NCBI GenBank assembly: GCA_044356295.1
Contig: JBIKWN010000007.1
Span: 1-64,000, forward strand
Direction of reading: 5' to 3'
DNA length: 64,000 nt
Origin: Bdellovibrionota bacterium
Lineage (GTDB): Bacteria; Bdellovibrionota_C; UBA2361; JBIKWN01
Shown: positions 39,891-49,505 of the stretch, one piece after another
How the letters are laid out: each line of letters opens with the position of its first letter
How positions within the stretch are numbered: position 1 is the first letter of the stretch
The notes under the pieces: model-generated
Told to the model about the DNA's origin: nothing
Database searches by the model: none
The model's input: only the letters and a program-made list of their open reading frames with translations
Program-made: the position numbers and the translations under genes

Positions 39891-40505
39891 GTGACCAAAT
39901 CTGATTCAACAAAAGAAGCAGAGTTTAGTGCCCATTCATCACGCGATAGAATACTTGCTGCAGCATTAAAACTTTTTGTCGAGCAAGGATACTTCAATAC
40001 GAATATCCCTGACCTCAGCCGTGAAAGTAGATGTAGCGTTGGATCGATCTATCACACTTTTAAAAATAAAGAAGAAGTTGCAACTGCTCTTTACCAAGAA
40101 GGGATAAAGGCGTTTCGTTCTGTATTATATGATGCCCTCAGAACAACAACTGATCCTATTGAAACAGTTCGTGTGACTGTTAAATCTTTTATGAAATTTT
40201 CCGAGGTCAACCATCAACTTTCTAAATATTTATGGTTGTGTCGTCATAATGAATTTATGACTGGTATGATCCAACATCCAACTAAAATTGGGCTCGATCC
40301 ACTCGGAAGACTTCTTACCGCCAATATTAAGAAAGGCATCAAAACTGGTGTTCTTTCAGATCTTAAGGCAAACGTCATATGGACAGTAATGTTTGGTATT
40401 CCGGCTGGATACGTTCGGGATTGGCTGGATGGATACAACACTGAAGCTCCTAGCAAAGTATCAACAGAACTTGCTGAACTATGTGTAAAATCTTTAAAAA
40501 AATAG
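39891..40505 (+). CDS. TetR/AcrR family transcriptional regulator
   Basis: RDRILAAALKLFVEQGY..T.I.DL......SVGSIYHTFKNKEE. Confidence 0.92.
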   Translation: MTKSDSTKEAEFSAHSSRDRILAAALKLFVEQGYFNTNIPDLSRESRCSVGSIYHTFKNKEEVATALYQEGIKAFRSVLYDALRTTTDPIETVRVTVKSFMKFSEVNHQLSKYLWLCRHNEFMTGMIQHPTKIGLDPLGRLLTANIKKGIKTGVLSDLKANVIWTVMFGIPAGYVRDWLDGYNTEAPSKVSTELAELCVKSLKK

Positions 40506-40518
40506 TTAAATAGCACTT

Positions 40519-41334
40519 ATGAATGAATTAAAGACGCTTGTGCAACAAGCTTTTGAAGATAGATCAAAATTACAATCAAAAGAGACACTCACTGCAGTCA
40601 GAGAAACAATCGAACTCCTTGATAAAGGTAAGATTAGAGTTGCAGAAAAAATTGGCTCTACATGGACGGTTAATGCATGGATAAAAGAAGCAATTCTTCT
40701 TTACTTTGCAACGCAATCAATGGAAACAATCGAAGTTGGTCCTTTTGAGTATGAAGATAAAATTCCACTTAAGAAAAATTACAAACAACTTGGGGTGCGT
40801 GTTGTACCGCCTGCAACAGCTCGCTACGGATCGTTTATTGAGTCAGGCGCAATATTGATGCCTAGTTATGTCAATATTGGGGCCTATATTGGATCCGGTA
40901 GTATGATAGATACATGGGCGACTGTTGGCTCATGCGCTCAAATTGGAAAAGATGTACATCTTTCTGGAGGAGTTGGGATAGGAGGCGTTCTAGAACCTGC
41001 AAGTGCACAACCAGTAATCGTTGAGGACGGTGCTTTCATAGGGTCTCGCTGTATTCTCGTAGAAGGTGTTATTGTTGAACAAGAAGCAGTCCTCGGAGCA
41101 AATGTTACTATTACATCATCAACTTCAATTATCGATGTAACCAAGAAAGAACCTACAATTTTTAAAGGTCGCATACCTGCTCGTTCAGTGGTCATACCGG
41201 GTACGATACCAAAGAGTTTTGAGGCAGGCTCGTATCAAGTAAACTGTGCACTGATTATTGGTCAGAGAAAAGAATCTACTGATAAAAAGACATCACTCAA
41301 CGCTACACTTCGAGAGTTTAATGTCAGTGTATGA
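40519..41334 (+). CDS. dapD: Tetrahydrodipicolinate N-succinyltransferase
   Basis: LDKGKIRVAE, W.K.AILLYF, RVVPPA.AR, MPSYVNIGAY, IDTWATVGSCAQIG, GGVLEP. Confidence 0.96.
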   Translation: MNELKTLVQQAFEDRSKLQSKETLTAVRETIELLDKGKIRVAEKIGSTWTVNAWIKEAILLYFATQSMETIEVGPFEYEDKIPLKKNYKQLGVRVVPPATARYGSFIESGAILMPSYVNIGAYIGSGSMIDTWATVGSCAQIGKDVHLSGGVGIGGVLEPASAQPVIVEDGAFIGSRCILVEGVIVEQEAVLGANVTITSSTSIIDVTKKEPTIFKGRIPARSVVIPGTIPKSFEAGSYQVNCALIIGQRKESTDKKTSLNATLREFNVSV

Positions 41335-42329
41335 AAAAAAATCAACTCCTTTCCTTCGTACGATTTTTAGCTCTCTTTTTTTTATTCTTAAGAGTAGATC
41401 CGTCGTATTCTGAAGATGTGGTCATACCTCCCACCATTACAGCTTCAGCATCAAGCACTTCTACTGAGCCCTCACCACCTTCTTCGAATATAAATTTTGT
41501 AGCAGCCAATTGGCCAGATCAATCAACTGCACTAAGGTATGATTTGCAGCGCACAAGCTATTCCATCAATCCGTCTGAAGTAAACCGAATGTCTCTGATT
41601 GAGTCCGCTGAAAACTTACTCAATATGCATTGTCTAGAAATTTCACCTCAAAAGGGATTTGAAAAAAGCGACAGACCACTCTGTCGTGCACTCATTGAGT
41701 CTACTCTGGTTCTCGATCCAGTAAATCCAGCAGCAATTTGCGCCCGAGACGGCATGTCTTCTTCAAACTGCTTCACTGCTTATGAAGCAGTGTCCGCAAA
41801 AGTTGTTTCAAGCGACTCACCAGCTTTAAAAGATAAGGATGTTACCGGATTTATTGCAGCTAATAATCCTGAAGACTCATCACAGTTAGAAAGTGAGCTC
41901 TATACACTGACGTATGAATATCAACAAAAACCATCAAAGGTATTAAAGACAAAAATCCTCTCAAAGTTTTACGATGCTTTTGCCCGGTATTGTGTACAAA
42001 TTGCTTATGAAGTTGATGCAACAAATATAGCACCAACTCCAACTGCCACACCTTATGGAACAATTAAACCCTTTGAGTCTATCGTATCGGCACTCAATAC
42101 GCCGAACTCAGATGAAACGAAGACAAAAAACTCAACTCACCGAAAACTGTTCCCTCAAAATTGTTTTAATCTTCAAAAAATTCTGTTTTCATTATTTAAC
42201 GATTCCTATTTTTTCACTTGTATCGATAAGGGTAATTATTCACCTCAATGTCGCAAAGCCTATGAAAATCAGATAAAAGGAAAAAACATTCGAGGTAATG
42301 AAATGGGTGGTGGTCTCGGTAAGTTTTGA
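41331..42329 (+). CDS. Hypothetical secreted Cys-rich protein
   Basis: Signal peptide, eight Cys, short PTPTATP linker; ATGA overlap with dapD. Confidence 0.65.
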   Translation: MKKNQLLSFVRFLALFFLFLRVDPSYSEDVVIPPTITASASSTSTEPSPPSSNINFVAANWPDQSTALRYDLQRTSYSINPSEVNRMSLIESAENLLNMHCLEISPQKGFEKSDRPLCRALIESTLVLDPVNPAAICARDGMSSSNCFTAYEAVSAKVVSSDSPALKDKDVTGFIAANNPEDSSQLESELYTLTYEYQQKPSKVLKTKILSKFYDAFARYCVQIAYEVDATNIAPTPTATPYGTIKPFESIVSALNTPNSDETKTKNSTHRKLFPQNCFNLQKILFSLFNDSYFFTCIDKGNYSPQCRKAYENQIKGKNIRGNEMGGGLGKF

Positions 42330-42445
42330 TTATAATTAATACTCAAGTAATCCAGCGAAGCGAAATCAAATAATTGTGCACTTTGTATCGCTTTTTCTAA
42401 GTGTTCAGATTAAGTTCTCTTCGATAGTATATTGTAAATACTCAT

Positions 42446-42937
42446 ATGAATTCTATAAAAGAATCAGCACCTTTAAGCACCATTTACCCAATTACCAAAC
42501 GCTGGATAATGAAACAGACACTTTTGCTTTTGAGTGCTGCATGCCTTATTAATTTTGTTCTCTACTCTGTCAAAATTGAATTTTTCTCTTTTCATCCTGA
42601 AGCTTGGTTAACTTTTTATTCTTCCTTACTTATTTGGACTGTCATTCTTATATTTAGAATTATTTTCCTTGTTACCATAAGAAAAAATTTCTCTTATGAG
42701 ATAGTTGATGACGAACTGAAAATTACAAGAGGTTTTCTTTTTAAAGAAGAGATTGAATATCCGTTAAAAAACATAACTGCTATTCAATTAAAAAGATCTT
42801 TTGCTGATTTTCTTTTCCATACTGCCTCACTTGTGATAATAGTCCCTGGGAACATTCCGATAGCACTCTCTCGGATTCCTGGACTATCGGTGAAGTCTGC
42901 TGCAGATCTTCGACGTTATTTACTTGACCGCAATTGA
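42446..42937 (+). CDS. Membrane protein with bacterial PH domain (bPH_2/YdbS-like)
   Basis: Two TMs then YEI....L.I.RGFLFKEE..YP...I..IQL.RS..D.LF. Confidence 0.75.
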   Translation: MNSIKESAPLSTIYPITKRWIMKQTLLLLSAACLINFVLYSVKIEFFSFHPEAWLTFYSSLLIWTVILIFRIIFLVTIRKNFSYEIVDDELKITRGFLFKEEIEYPLKNITAIQLKRSFADFLFHTASLVIIVPGNIPIALSRIPGLSVKSAADLRRYLLDRN

Positions 42938-42954
42938 TTCAATTTTTGTATCGA

Positions 42955-43956
42955 CTACCATTCCAACATGTTTCGAGTAACCGGATTAAAACCGATGTCT
43001 CGTCGAGCAGCTCCAATGTCAAAATAATGATCTGTTGCCATCTCTTCTGCCAGAAATCTAGTAAAAGGTGGTTCTATGAATCCAAATGAAAACTTAGATA
43101 TAACTTCAAGAAATCGTCCAAGTCTAATCGCAATAGAAGCAGGAATTTTCTTTTTTATAGGGGACAGTCCATTTCTCTTCAAAGCTGCTTCAATCCATTC
43201 CCAAAGCAATATTGGCTTCCCCTGAGAAATGAAATAAACATTACCACTAATAGCTGCATTTCTCTCAAGAGCCAGAGCTGCACAAAGATGGGCTTCAACA
43301 CAGTCATCAATATGACAAAAATCTGCCAGATTTTTCCCGGATCCAACTTGTACTAATCTTCCAGCCTTAGCCTTTTTAATGATGAGGGCTTCAAGTGAAG
43401 TATCACCAGGTCCATAAATAAGGTGCGGTCTCAACGTAATAGTTTTTATTTCACTATCACGTCCTTCCCTTCTTACGTTTTGCTCTGCTTGTGCTTTAGT
43501 TTCAGGGTAAAAGGCATGAAAGATTTGAGGATACGGTATAGATTCATCAACATTCTGCAGATCTTTTCCAGATGCAATCACACTAGGTGAACTTGTAAAT
43601 ATGAATCGCTTGATTTTATTCTTCTTTACAGCAGATAAAAGGTTATCCGTTCCTGTCACATTTACTCGAAAAAAATCCTCACGTTTGCCCCACATTTCAA
43701 CTTTTGCTGCAGTATGAAAAACGTCAGTAACACCATCAAAAAATGGATGGTTAATTATTTCTGGATTACTAATATCAAAAGCTAATTGTTCAACACCAAG
43801 GCTTACGAGTTCAGGATAGAGATTCCTTTGGATAGTTTTAACGAAGGCGCCTTCATGAATCAGTGCTTTTACTAAAGCTTTTCCTAGAAAGCCCCCTCCT
43901 CCGGTAACAAGAACTGTTCTAGCTTCAAACCGTCTATTAGGCTGCGCGCTGCTCAT
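42955..43956 (-). CDS. oleD: 2-alkyl-3-oxoalkanoate reductase (3-beta-HSD-like SDR)
   Basis: TGGGGFLG, FTSSPSV, YPETK (YxxxK), LRPHLIYGPGD; last gene of ole cluster. Confidence 0.88.
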   Translation of the reverse strand: MSSAQPNRRFEARTVLVTGGGGFLGKALVKALIHEGAFVKTIQRNLYPELVSLGVEQLAFDISNPEIINHPFFDGVTDVFHTAAKVEMWGKREDFFRVNVTGTDNLLSAVKKNKIKRFIFTSSPSVIASGKDLQNVDESIPYPQIFHAFYPETKAQAEQNVRREGRDSEIKTITLRPHLIYGPGDTSLEALIIKKAKAGRLVQVGSGKNLADFCHIDDCVEAHLCAALALERNAAISGNVYFISQGKPILLWEWIEAALKRNGLSPIKKKIPASIAIRLGRFLEVISKFSFGFIEPPFTRFLAEEMATDHYFDIGAARRDIGFNPVTRNMLEW

Positions 43957-46516
43957 ACTGATCTTCCTGGATCATTTGGCTAAGAACATCACGAAAGATC
44001 TTAGCATTATGACGGGCATCTACGGGGAAAGCTTCAAAGAGATAGAAAGCTGTAATGTTTTTTGTGGCTACAGAATTTTTACCCATCTCAAGAAGCTCTG
44101 CAAAAAGTTTCTCACGAAGTTCTGATGTCTTGGGGAAATTACCAGGCTTTGGCTCGATTGCAAGTCCAACTCGCCCTTTTGCAGGGGAAATTAGTGCTGT
44201 CCGGCGAACAAGTGGATGTCGATTAAAGACATTCTCTACTGGATCTGGATAATAAGTCTGCTCATTGGTGACAACAATGTGGGATTTTCTTCCGCAATAA
44301 AATAGATTGCCTTTCTCATCAAGATATCCAACGTCACCAATACGGTGCCAGAAGGAATCTTTATCCTTAATTTTTCCAAGTAAGTTTGCATCTATCCGAT
44401 TAAGATAAGTTGGGCTGACCTGAGCGCCCTTAACAATAACTTCACCTATAACATACGGTGGGCACTGTTGAACTTCACTAAAGTTTTTAATCGCTGTAGG
44501 AACAGGTTGTATTATTACAATTTCAGTTCCTACAACTGCTTGACCTACAGGTGTTCCTTCTTCTTTATTTTTACTCAAAATTCCGCGCAGAGATGAGACA
44601 TAATCCCCAGCAACAGTAGTAACAGGTAAACATTCAGTAGCACCGTAAGGGGTAAGCGCTGTTCCCATTGGAAGAATTTTTTTGACCCGTGCTAATACTT
44701 CATCAGATACGGGAGCCCCAGCCATTAGGACTTTTTTAATAGAATTTAGATACTCTGAGTGCCGAACACAGTAATCGCTAATTTTATCCCAAAGAGTTGG
44801 TGAACCAAAGGAAGTTTGAATCCCAAGATCTTGAATGATCCGAGTTACTTTTTCAGGATCTAAATCAAGGGGACGAGATGGATTCATCGGAGGGAACACA
44901 CTTGTTACTCCCATTGCACATGAAAAAATTGAAAAGATCGGAAGCAGCGGTAAATCTTTTTCACCAGCAGTAAATTCAAAATCTTTTACAAAAATCTCTA
45001 ACTGTCTTTCGATATTTTCATTACTAAAGACAACCCCTTTCGGCGTTCCCGTAGCTCCTGAAGTAAAAGCAATCATGCTTATTCCTTGTGGAGATTCAAC
45101 AGGAGCTATTTCACCGACACTAAATCGCTTTAAGAATCCAAGTGAAGTGCCACCAAAAGCATGAAAATCAGTAGCCCAAATACTAAATTTTAGATTCGGG
45201 AATAATTTTTTACCACGAAGCCTTAGTAAGTGTGCTTTAGGCGCTCCAATTAAAACATGAGGATCGCAATCCTTAATGCATTTAAATAATTTTTCACGAC
45301 CAACTCCTGGATCAACGAACGCAGGAACTGCACCAAGCAACATGACCGCGTAACTAAGTGCAAGAAAATCTTCGCCAGGTGGAACAAGCATTAACACCCT
45401 ATCACCAGCAGTAAGCCCAAGATCTTTTAATCCTCGTGCATATTGGTTAATGCGCGCTTGCAACTCCCTAAATGATAATTGCTGATACTGAGTTACTGTT
45501 CCAACAAACTGAGGAGTAATAACAGCTGCAGCATTAGTAACCCCTACAGATGTTTTCATAAAGTTTGCATAGAGAGCATTAATACCAGGTCGTGGAACAA
45601 ACGGTGAAAATGCTTGAGCAAATTCCCTATTCATATCACCTTCAAGAGATAGAAATTTTTCTATCTCAGTACAAACGATCTCTGGGGAATCTTCTATAAC
45701 GAGATGTCCAGCATCCGGGATTTCAACAACTTCTGCTTTTGGAAAGTGCGCTGCAACTTTTCGCAGCATATAGGGATGAAAACATGGGTCCTTGAGTCCC
45801 CAAATAATTTTTATCGGTATGTTTTGCATCTCCGCAAAACCACGAGCCAGATTTTGCATTTCAACATACGTAGGATGATCTTCAGTAAAAGGAATATCAG
45901 AGACAAAATCCCAAATTGCTGTCCTTCTTGCAATCGTTTGATAGGGATAAAAATATCCTTCCTTAACCCAACGAGGTAGTCGTCTTACAGAGCCAGGTCC
46001 TGTTAAATATCTTAAAAACTGAGGGAAAATCTTGGTAAGGAATACGCCACTGAATGGATGCGCGCACATCTTAATCATTCGCGGAAGGCTTTCTACTTCA
46101 GTCAGTGTCGTGTTGAGGTAGATAATCTTTTCTACTTTATCAATATGACTTTGCAGAAATCTGGTTCCAATTGCTCCACCCCAATCATGCATAACGATTG
46201 AAAACTTATCGATTTTTAAAGATTGGTACACAAACTCAACTTCAGCAACCCGGTCTGCTGCTCGAAAATGTGAAGTTGTTGGATGATCTGAGAGCCCACA
46301 GCCAATGTAATCTATAGAAATAACTCGGTGAAACTTCTTCAAATGGGAAATAACATTCCGGTAGAAGAAACTCCACGTAGGATTGCCATGAAGAAGCATA
46401 ACAACCGGACCGCTTCCTTCATCAATATAATGAAGCTTAAAACCTTTATAATCGAGAAACTTAGACTCGAACGGAAAATGTTTTTCAGGAATAAAATAGT
46501 TATCAGCCACTACCAC
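43937..46516 (-). CDS. oleBC: Fused OleB beta-lactone decarboxylase / OleC beta-lactone synthetase
   Basis: N-part HGNPTWSFFYR, HDWGG, AGHLVIED; C-part FTSGATGTPKG, TPYGATE, WHRIGDVG and OleC-type FPVDARHNAKIFR. Confidence 0.88.
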   Translation of the reverse strand: MVVADNYFIPEKHFPFESKFLDYKGFKLHYIDEGSGPVVMLLHGNPTWSFFYRNVISHLKKFHRVISIDYIGCGLSDHPTTSHFRAADRVAEVEFVYQSLKIDKFSIVMHDWGGAIGTRFLQSHIDKVEKIIYLNTTLTEVESLPRMIKMCAHPFSGVFLTKIFPQFLRYLTGPGSVRRLPRWVKEGYFYPYQTIARRTAIWDFVSDIPFTEDHPTYVEMQNLARGFAEMQNIPIKIIWGLKDPCFHPYMLRKVAAHFPKAEVVEIPDAGHLVIEDSPEIVCTEIEKFLSLEGDMNREFAQAFSPFVPRPGINALYANFMKTSVGVTNAAAVITPQFVGTVTQYQQLSFRELQARINQYARGLKDLGLTAGDRVLMLVPPGEDFLALSYAVMLLGAVPAFVDPGVGREKLFKCIKDCDPHVLIGAPKAHLLRLRGKKLFPNLKFSIWATDFHAFGGTSLGFLKRFSVGEIAPVESPQGISMIAFTSGATGTPKGVVFSNENIERQLEIFVKDFEFTAGEKDLPLLPIFSIFSCAMGVTSVFPPMNPSRPLDLDPEKVTRIIQDLGIQTSFGSPTLWDKISDYCVRHSEYLNSIKKVLMAGAPVSDEVLARVKKILPMGTALTPYGATECLPVTTVAGDYVSSLRGILSKNKEEGTPVGQAVVGTEIVIIQPVPTAIKNFSEVQQCPPYVIGEVIVKGAQVSPTYLNRIDANLLGKIKDKDSFWHRIGDVGYLDEKGNLFYCGRKSHIVVTNEQTYYPDPVENVFNRHPLVRRTALISPAKGRVGLAIEPKPGNFPKTSELREKLFAELLEMGKNSVATKNITAFYLFEAFPVDARHNAKIFRDVLSQMIQEDQYEQRAA

Positions 46517-47586
46517 TGTACTGCACTAAAAATTGAATTTAATCCACCACCAAAACCAGTAAGGAGTGATGTAGTACCAGGCGTAATCTTTCCAGCCTCA
46601 ACTCCCATTGCAAAAGCAGTAGGAAGAGCTGCAGAAACTTGATTCCCATGAGTAGCATAAATTGAGAATTCTTTACTGTTATCTACGCCCACAGTATTAA
46701 AGAATTTATCGCCAAGCTGACGCCCTACTTGATGGCTTATATGTACTTGGAAATTATTGTTATTCCATCCCCATACATCTTGCATCTCCTTCCACACGTA
46801 GCTTCCAATAATGGCTCCGTTCGCTATGAGTTTTGGAGAATCAGTCTCCATTAATGGATTAAAATTATCGTCCTCCATATAGAAACAGAAATCGGCGTTT
46901 CCAACACAAAGATCCGAAAATTCTGTTCCAGAGTATGAAGCACAGCCCAGAAGTTTATGTGGTTTTGTAGCAATACTTTCATGTGCTAACACGAATGCTA
47001 CCGCTCCTGAACCTAATGTAAACGAAGGAAGGTTTTTAAGGATCTGTTCACGTGACGGCATACGTCCTGCTGCAAGTTCACTATTTAATTTTGCAGAGCT
47101 CGTCTCGACTATACCTGACATTGTTTCGCCGGCAACCAGGATTCCAGCCTTAATCATTCCACTTTCAATAAGATTTCCTAATAGAACAAGACCATTCGAG
47201 AAACCTAAACATGCATTGGTAATATCCAACACCATTCCAGATTGATTTAAATTGAGAGCTTTATGAATTTTTGCAGCAGTTGCAGGTTCAAAATGATCTC
47301 GACTTACCGAGCAATTAAATAAAGTACGAATATGATCTTTATTGAATCCAACACCATCAAGAGCTTGCATTGCAGCAGGAATACTTGCCATGCTTGGGGA
47401 AACATCTCGATCATAGAAACGACGAGCTTTTATTCCGCTCAAACGCTCAAGGGTTCCAAATGGAACTCCCATGGCTTGATACAACGGAGCGAGCTTGTCT
47501 TCGATCTCGGAGCTGGTAACTTCGTGTGGGGGTGTATTAATCCCGAAGGATTCGATATGAACGTGCTTAAATTGAAAACTGGACAT
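46510..47586 (-). CDS. oleA: Acyl-CoA condensing enzyme (thiolase/FabH fold)
   Basis: LERLSGI..RR, EPATA (Glu), NACLG (Cys), HQVG (His), GNQVSAALP (Asn), TLGSGA; start moved from 47637 to ATG 47586. Confidence 0.88.
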   Translation of the reverse strand: MSSFQFKHVHIESFGINTPPHEVTSSEIEDKLAPLYQAMGVPFGTLERLSGIKARRFYDRDVSPSMASIPAAMQALDGVGFNKDHIRTLFNCSVSRDHFEPATAAKIHKALNLNQSGMVLDITNACLGFSNGLVLLGNLIESGMIKAGILVAGETMSGIVETSSAKLNSELAAGRMPSREQILKNLPSFTLGSGAVAFVLAHESIATKPHKLLGCASYSGTEFSDLCVGNADFCFYMEDDNFNPLMETDSPKLIANGAIIGSYVWKEMQDVWGWNNNNFQVHISHQVGRQLGDKFFNTVGVDNSKEFSIYATHGNQVSAALPTAFAMGVEAGKITPGTTSLLTGFGGGLNSIFSAVQW

Positions 47587-47613
47587 TAAGAGATAGATTG
47601 TATCGGTGAAACC

Positions 47614-48231
47614 ATGTCTTATCAAGAATCGCTTCAAATACTTATCATCGATAACTACGACTCATTCACTTACAACCTCGTAGACCTCGCCTGGAGCACC
47701 ACAAAGCAACTAGGTATTGAAAAAAGCCCCACAGTGGCTAGAAATGATAAGATTACTCTAAAGGAGATAAAAAAGCTCTCACCTACCCATATTATCCTCT
47801 CTCCAGGTCCTGGCAACCATACTGCAGGCGGCATTTGTCACGAGCTTCTCTCTGGTTATGCTAAGTCTATTCCAACGTTAGGAATTTGCCTTGGTCACCA
47901 GTTAATGGCAGCAAATCAAGGAACGCATGTTATTCGAGCCCCAAAACCTATTCATGGTCATCAAGAACTCATACATCATAACGGAACAGGTATTTTTAAA
48001 AGTATTCCCTCACCTCTCTTTGCTGCGAGATATCATTCATTAATGGTTGATGAAAAATCTTTGAGTACTACGTTTACAGTAACGGCTCGCACTTCAGACG
48101 ATATTATCATGGGGATCAGTGCTCTTGAATTTCCCTGGCATGGAGTTCAGTTTCATCCTGAATCATTTCTTAGTCAGCACGGTTCAATCATCATGAAAAA
48201 TTTTCTGCATTTAAAGGTCTACTCTCAATGA
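47614..48231 (+). CDS. pabA: Aminodeoxychorismate/anthranilate synthase component II
   Basis: IDNYDSFTYNL, LSPGPG, LGICLGHQ, RYHSL, GVQFHPES. Confidence 0.85.
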   Translation: MSYQESLQILIIDNYDSFTYNLVDLAWSTTKQLGIEKSPTVARNDKITLKEIKKLSPTHIILSPGPGNHTAGGICHELLSGYAKSIPTLGICLGHQLMAANQGTHVIRAPKPIHGHQELIHHNGTGIFKSIPSPLFAARYHSLMVDEKSLSTTFTVTARTSDDIIMGISALEFPWHGVQFHPESFLSQHGSIIMKNFLHLKVYSQ

Positions 48232-49505
48232 AGCTTACTAAGACTTTTTCATTGTTACCAGGATTTGCAATCGCTTTTGATGGAAACACAGAAAATCCTT
48301 ATATATTCCTAGAGCCTTATTCTTCTAACTCTTATGACAGTAAGATCTCGAAAGAAGAAAATGACAAAAAATTAGATTCTTGGTTGCAATCTATAAGAGC
48401 GGAGATCAAAGTAGACAATGTTCCAACTATCTTTGGCTATATCTCGTATGAATATGGATATCACCTTGAGCCCAGTATTAAACGATCTGGGGTTAGTCCT
48501 TCTACTTTCCCCGACTTTCTATTCTATGCGTACCGAACAGTTATTGATTGTAAAAATAAAACTGTACACAAATTATCAACGTCAATACCTGATTGGAATG
48601 TAACTGACGCTCAGAGCACTGAACTATTAAAAGAGTGGTCATGCTCACGAAAGAATCTACATTTCCTTACAACATATAATCACGAAACTCCATTCATTGA
48701 GCAATCAATAGCTGAAGATTACATACGTGGTGTTACAGATATTAAAGAAAAAATTCTTGAAGGATATGTTTACCAAGTGAATCTATCGCTCCAAATAGAA
48801 AAATTAATTGATCTACTACCAATTGAAATTTTTTTAAACGTTACTTCAAAAGAGCAAGGTTGTTATTCTAGCTTTCTACAATTTAATGATACTACCAATA
48901 ATCCAACTTCATTCATCTCTAATTCGCCTGAGCTTTTTATTAAGCGCATCGGTAATCAAGTAACAACTGCACCTATAAAAGGAACAATCTCACGAGCACG
49001 TGGGTATCTTGAAAATGAAGAGCGCCTTCACGAACTCTTAACATCGACAAAAAACAAAGCTGAGTTAGCAATGATAGTCGATTTATTTAGGAACGACCTT
49101 TCAAAGATCTGTCACCCTGGTTCAGTACAAGTTTCAGATTTTCCACAAACGATAACCCTCCAGTATATCCACCATCTTTACTGTAATATTTCAGGTCAAA
49201 TACGTGATGAAGTTTCAGATAGAGTGATTCTTGATTCGCTTTTCCCAAGTGGCTCTATTACTGGGGCTCCGAAATATACTGCGATACAAACCATTGCTGA
49301 CTTGGAAAAAAGAAATAGAGGTATTTATTGTGGAAGCTTTATTAGTTTCAGCAAGGACGGTTTTATTGCAAATGTTGCAATCAGGACTGCTACCTTGAGA
49401 AATAAGACACTCATCCTTCAAGCAGGAGGAGGTATTACTATTGATTCGATTGAACAAGAAGAACTTATTGAGGCACAGAAAAAACTATCTGCGTTTTATT
49501 CTTAG
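48228..49505 (+). CDS. pabB: Aminodeoxychorismate synthase component I
   Basis: YQVNLS, SPELF, PIKGT (PabB-type), AELAMIVDL.RNDL, FPSGSITGAPK. Confidence 0.85.
   Translation: MKLTKTFSLLPGFAIAFDGNTENPYIFLEPYSSNSYDSKISKEENDKKLDSWLQSIRAEIKVDNVPTIFGYISYEYGYHLEPSIKRSGVSPSTFPDFLFYAYRTVIDCKNKTVHKLSTSIPDWNVTDAQSTELLKEWSCSRKNLHFLTTYNHETPFIEQSIAEDYIRGVTDIKEKILEGYVYQVNLSLQIEKLIDLLPIEIFLNVTSKEQGCYSSFLQFNDTTNNPTSFISNSPELFIKRIGNQVTTAPIKGTISRARGYLENEERLHELLTSTKNKAELAMIVDLFRNDLSKICHPGSVQVSDFPQTITLQYIHHLYCNISGQIRDEVSDRVILDSLFPSGSITGAPKYTAIQTIADLEKRNRGIYCGSFISFSKDGFIANVAIRTATLRNKTLILQAGGGITIDSIEQEELIEAQKKLSAFYS

Noticed and set aside
46510..47586. Calling oleA a housekeeping fabH
   Set aside because: EPATA/NACLG/HQVG motifs and oleBC-oleD context indicate OleA
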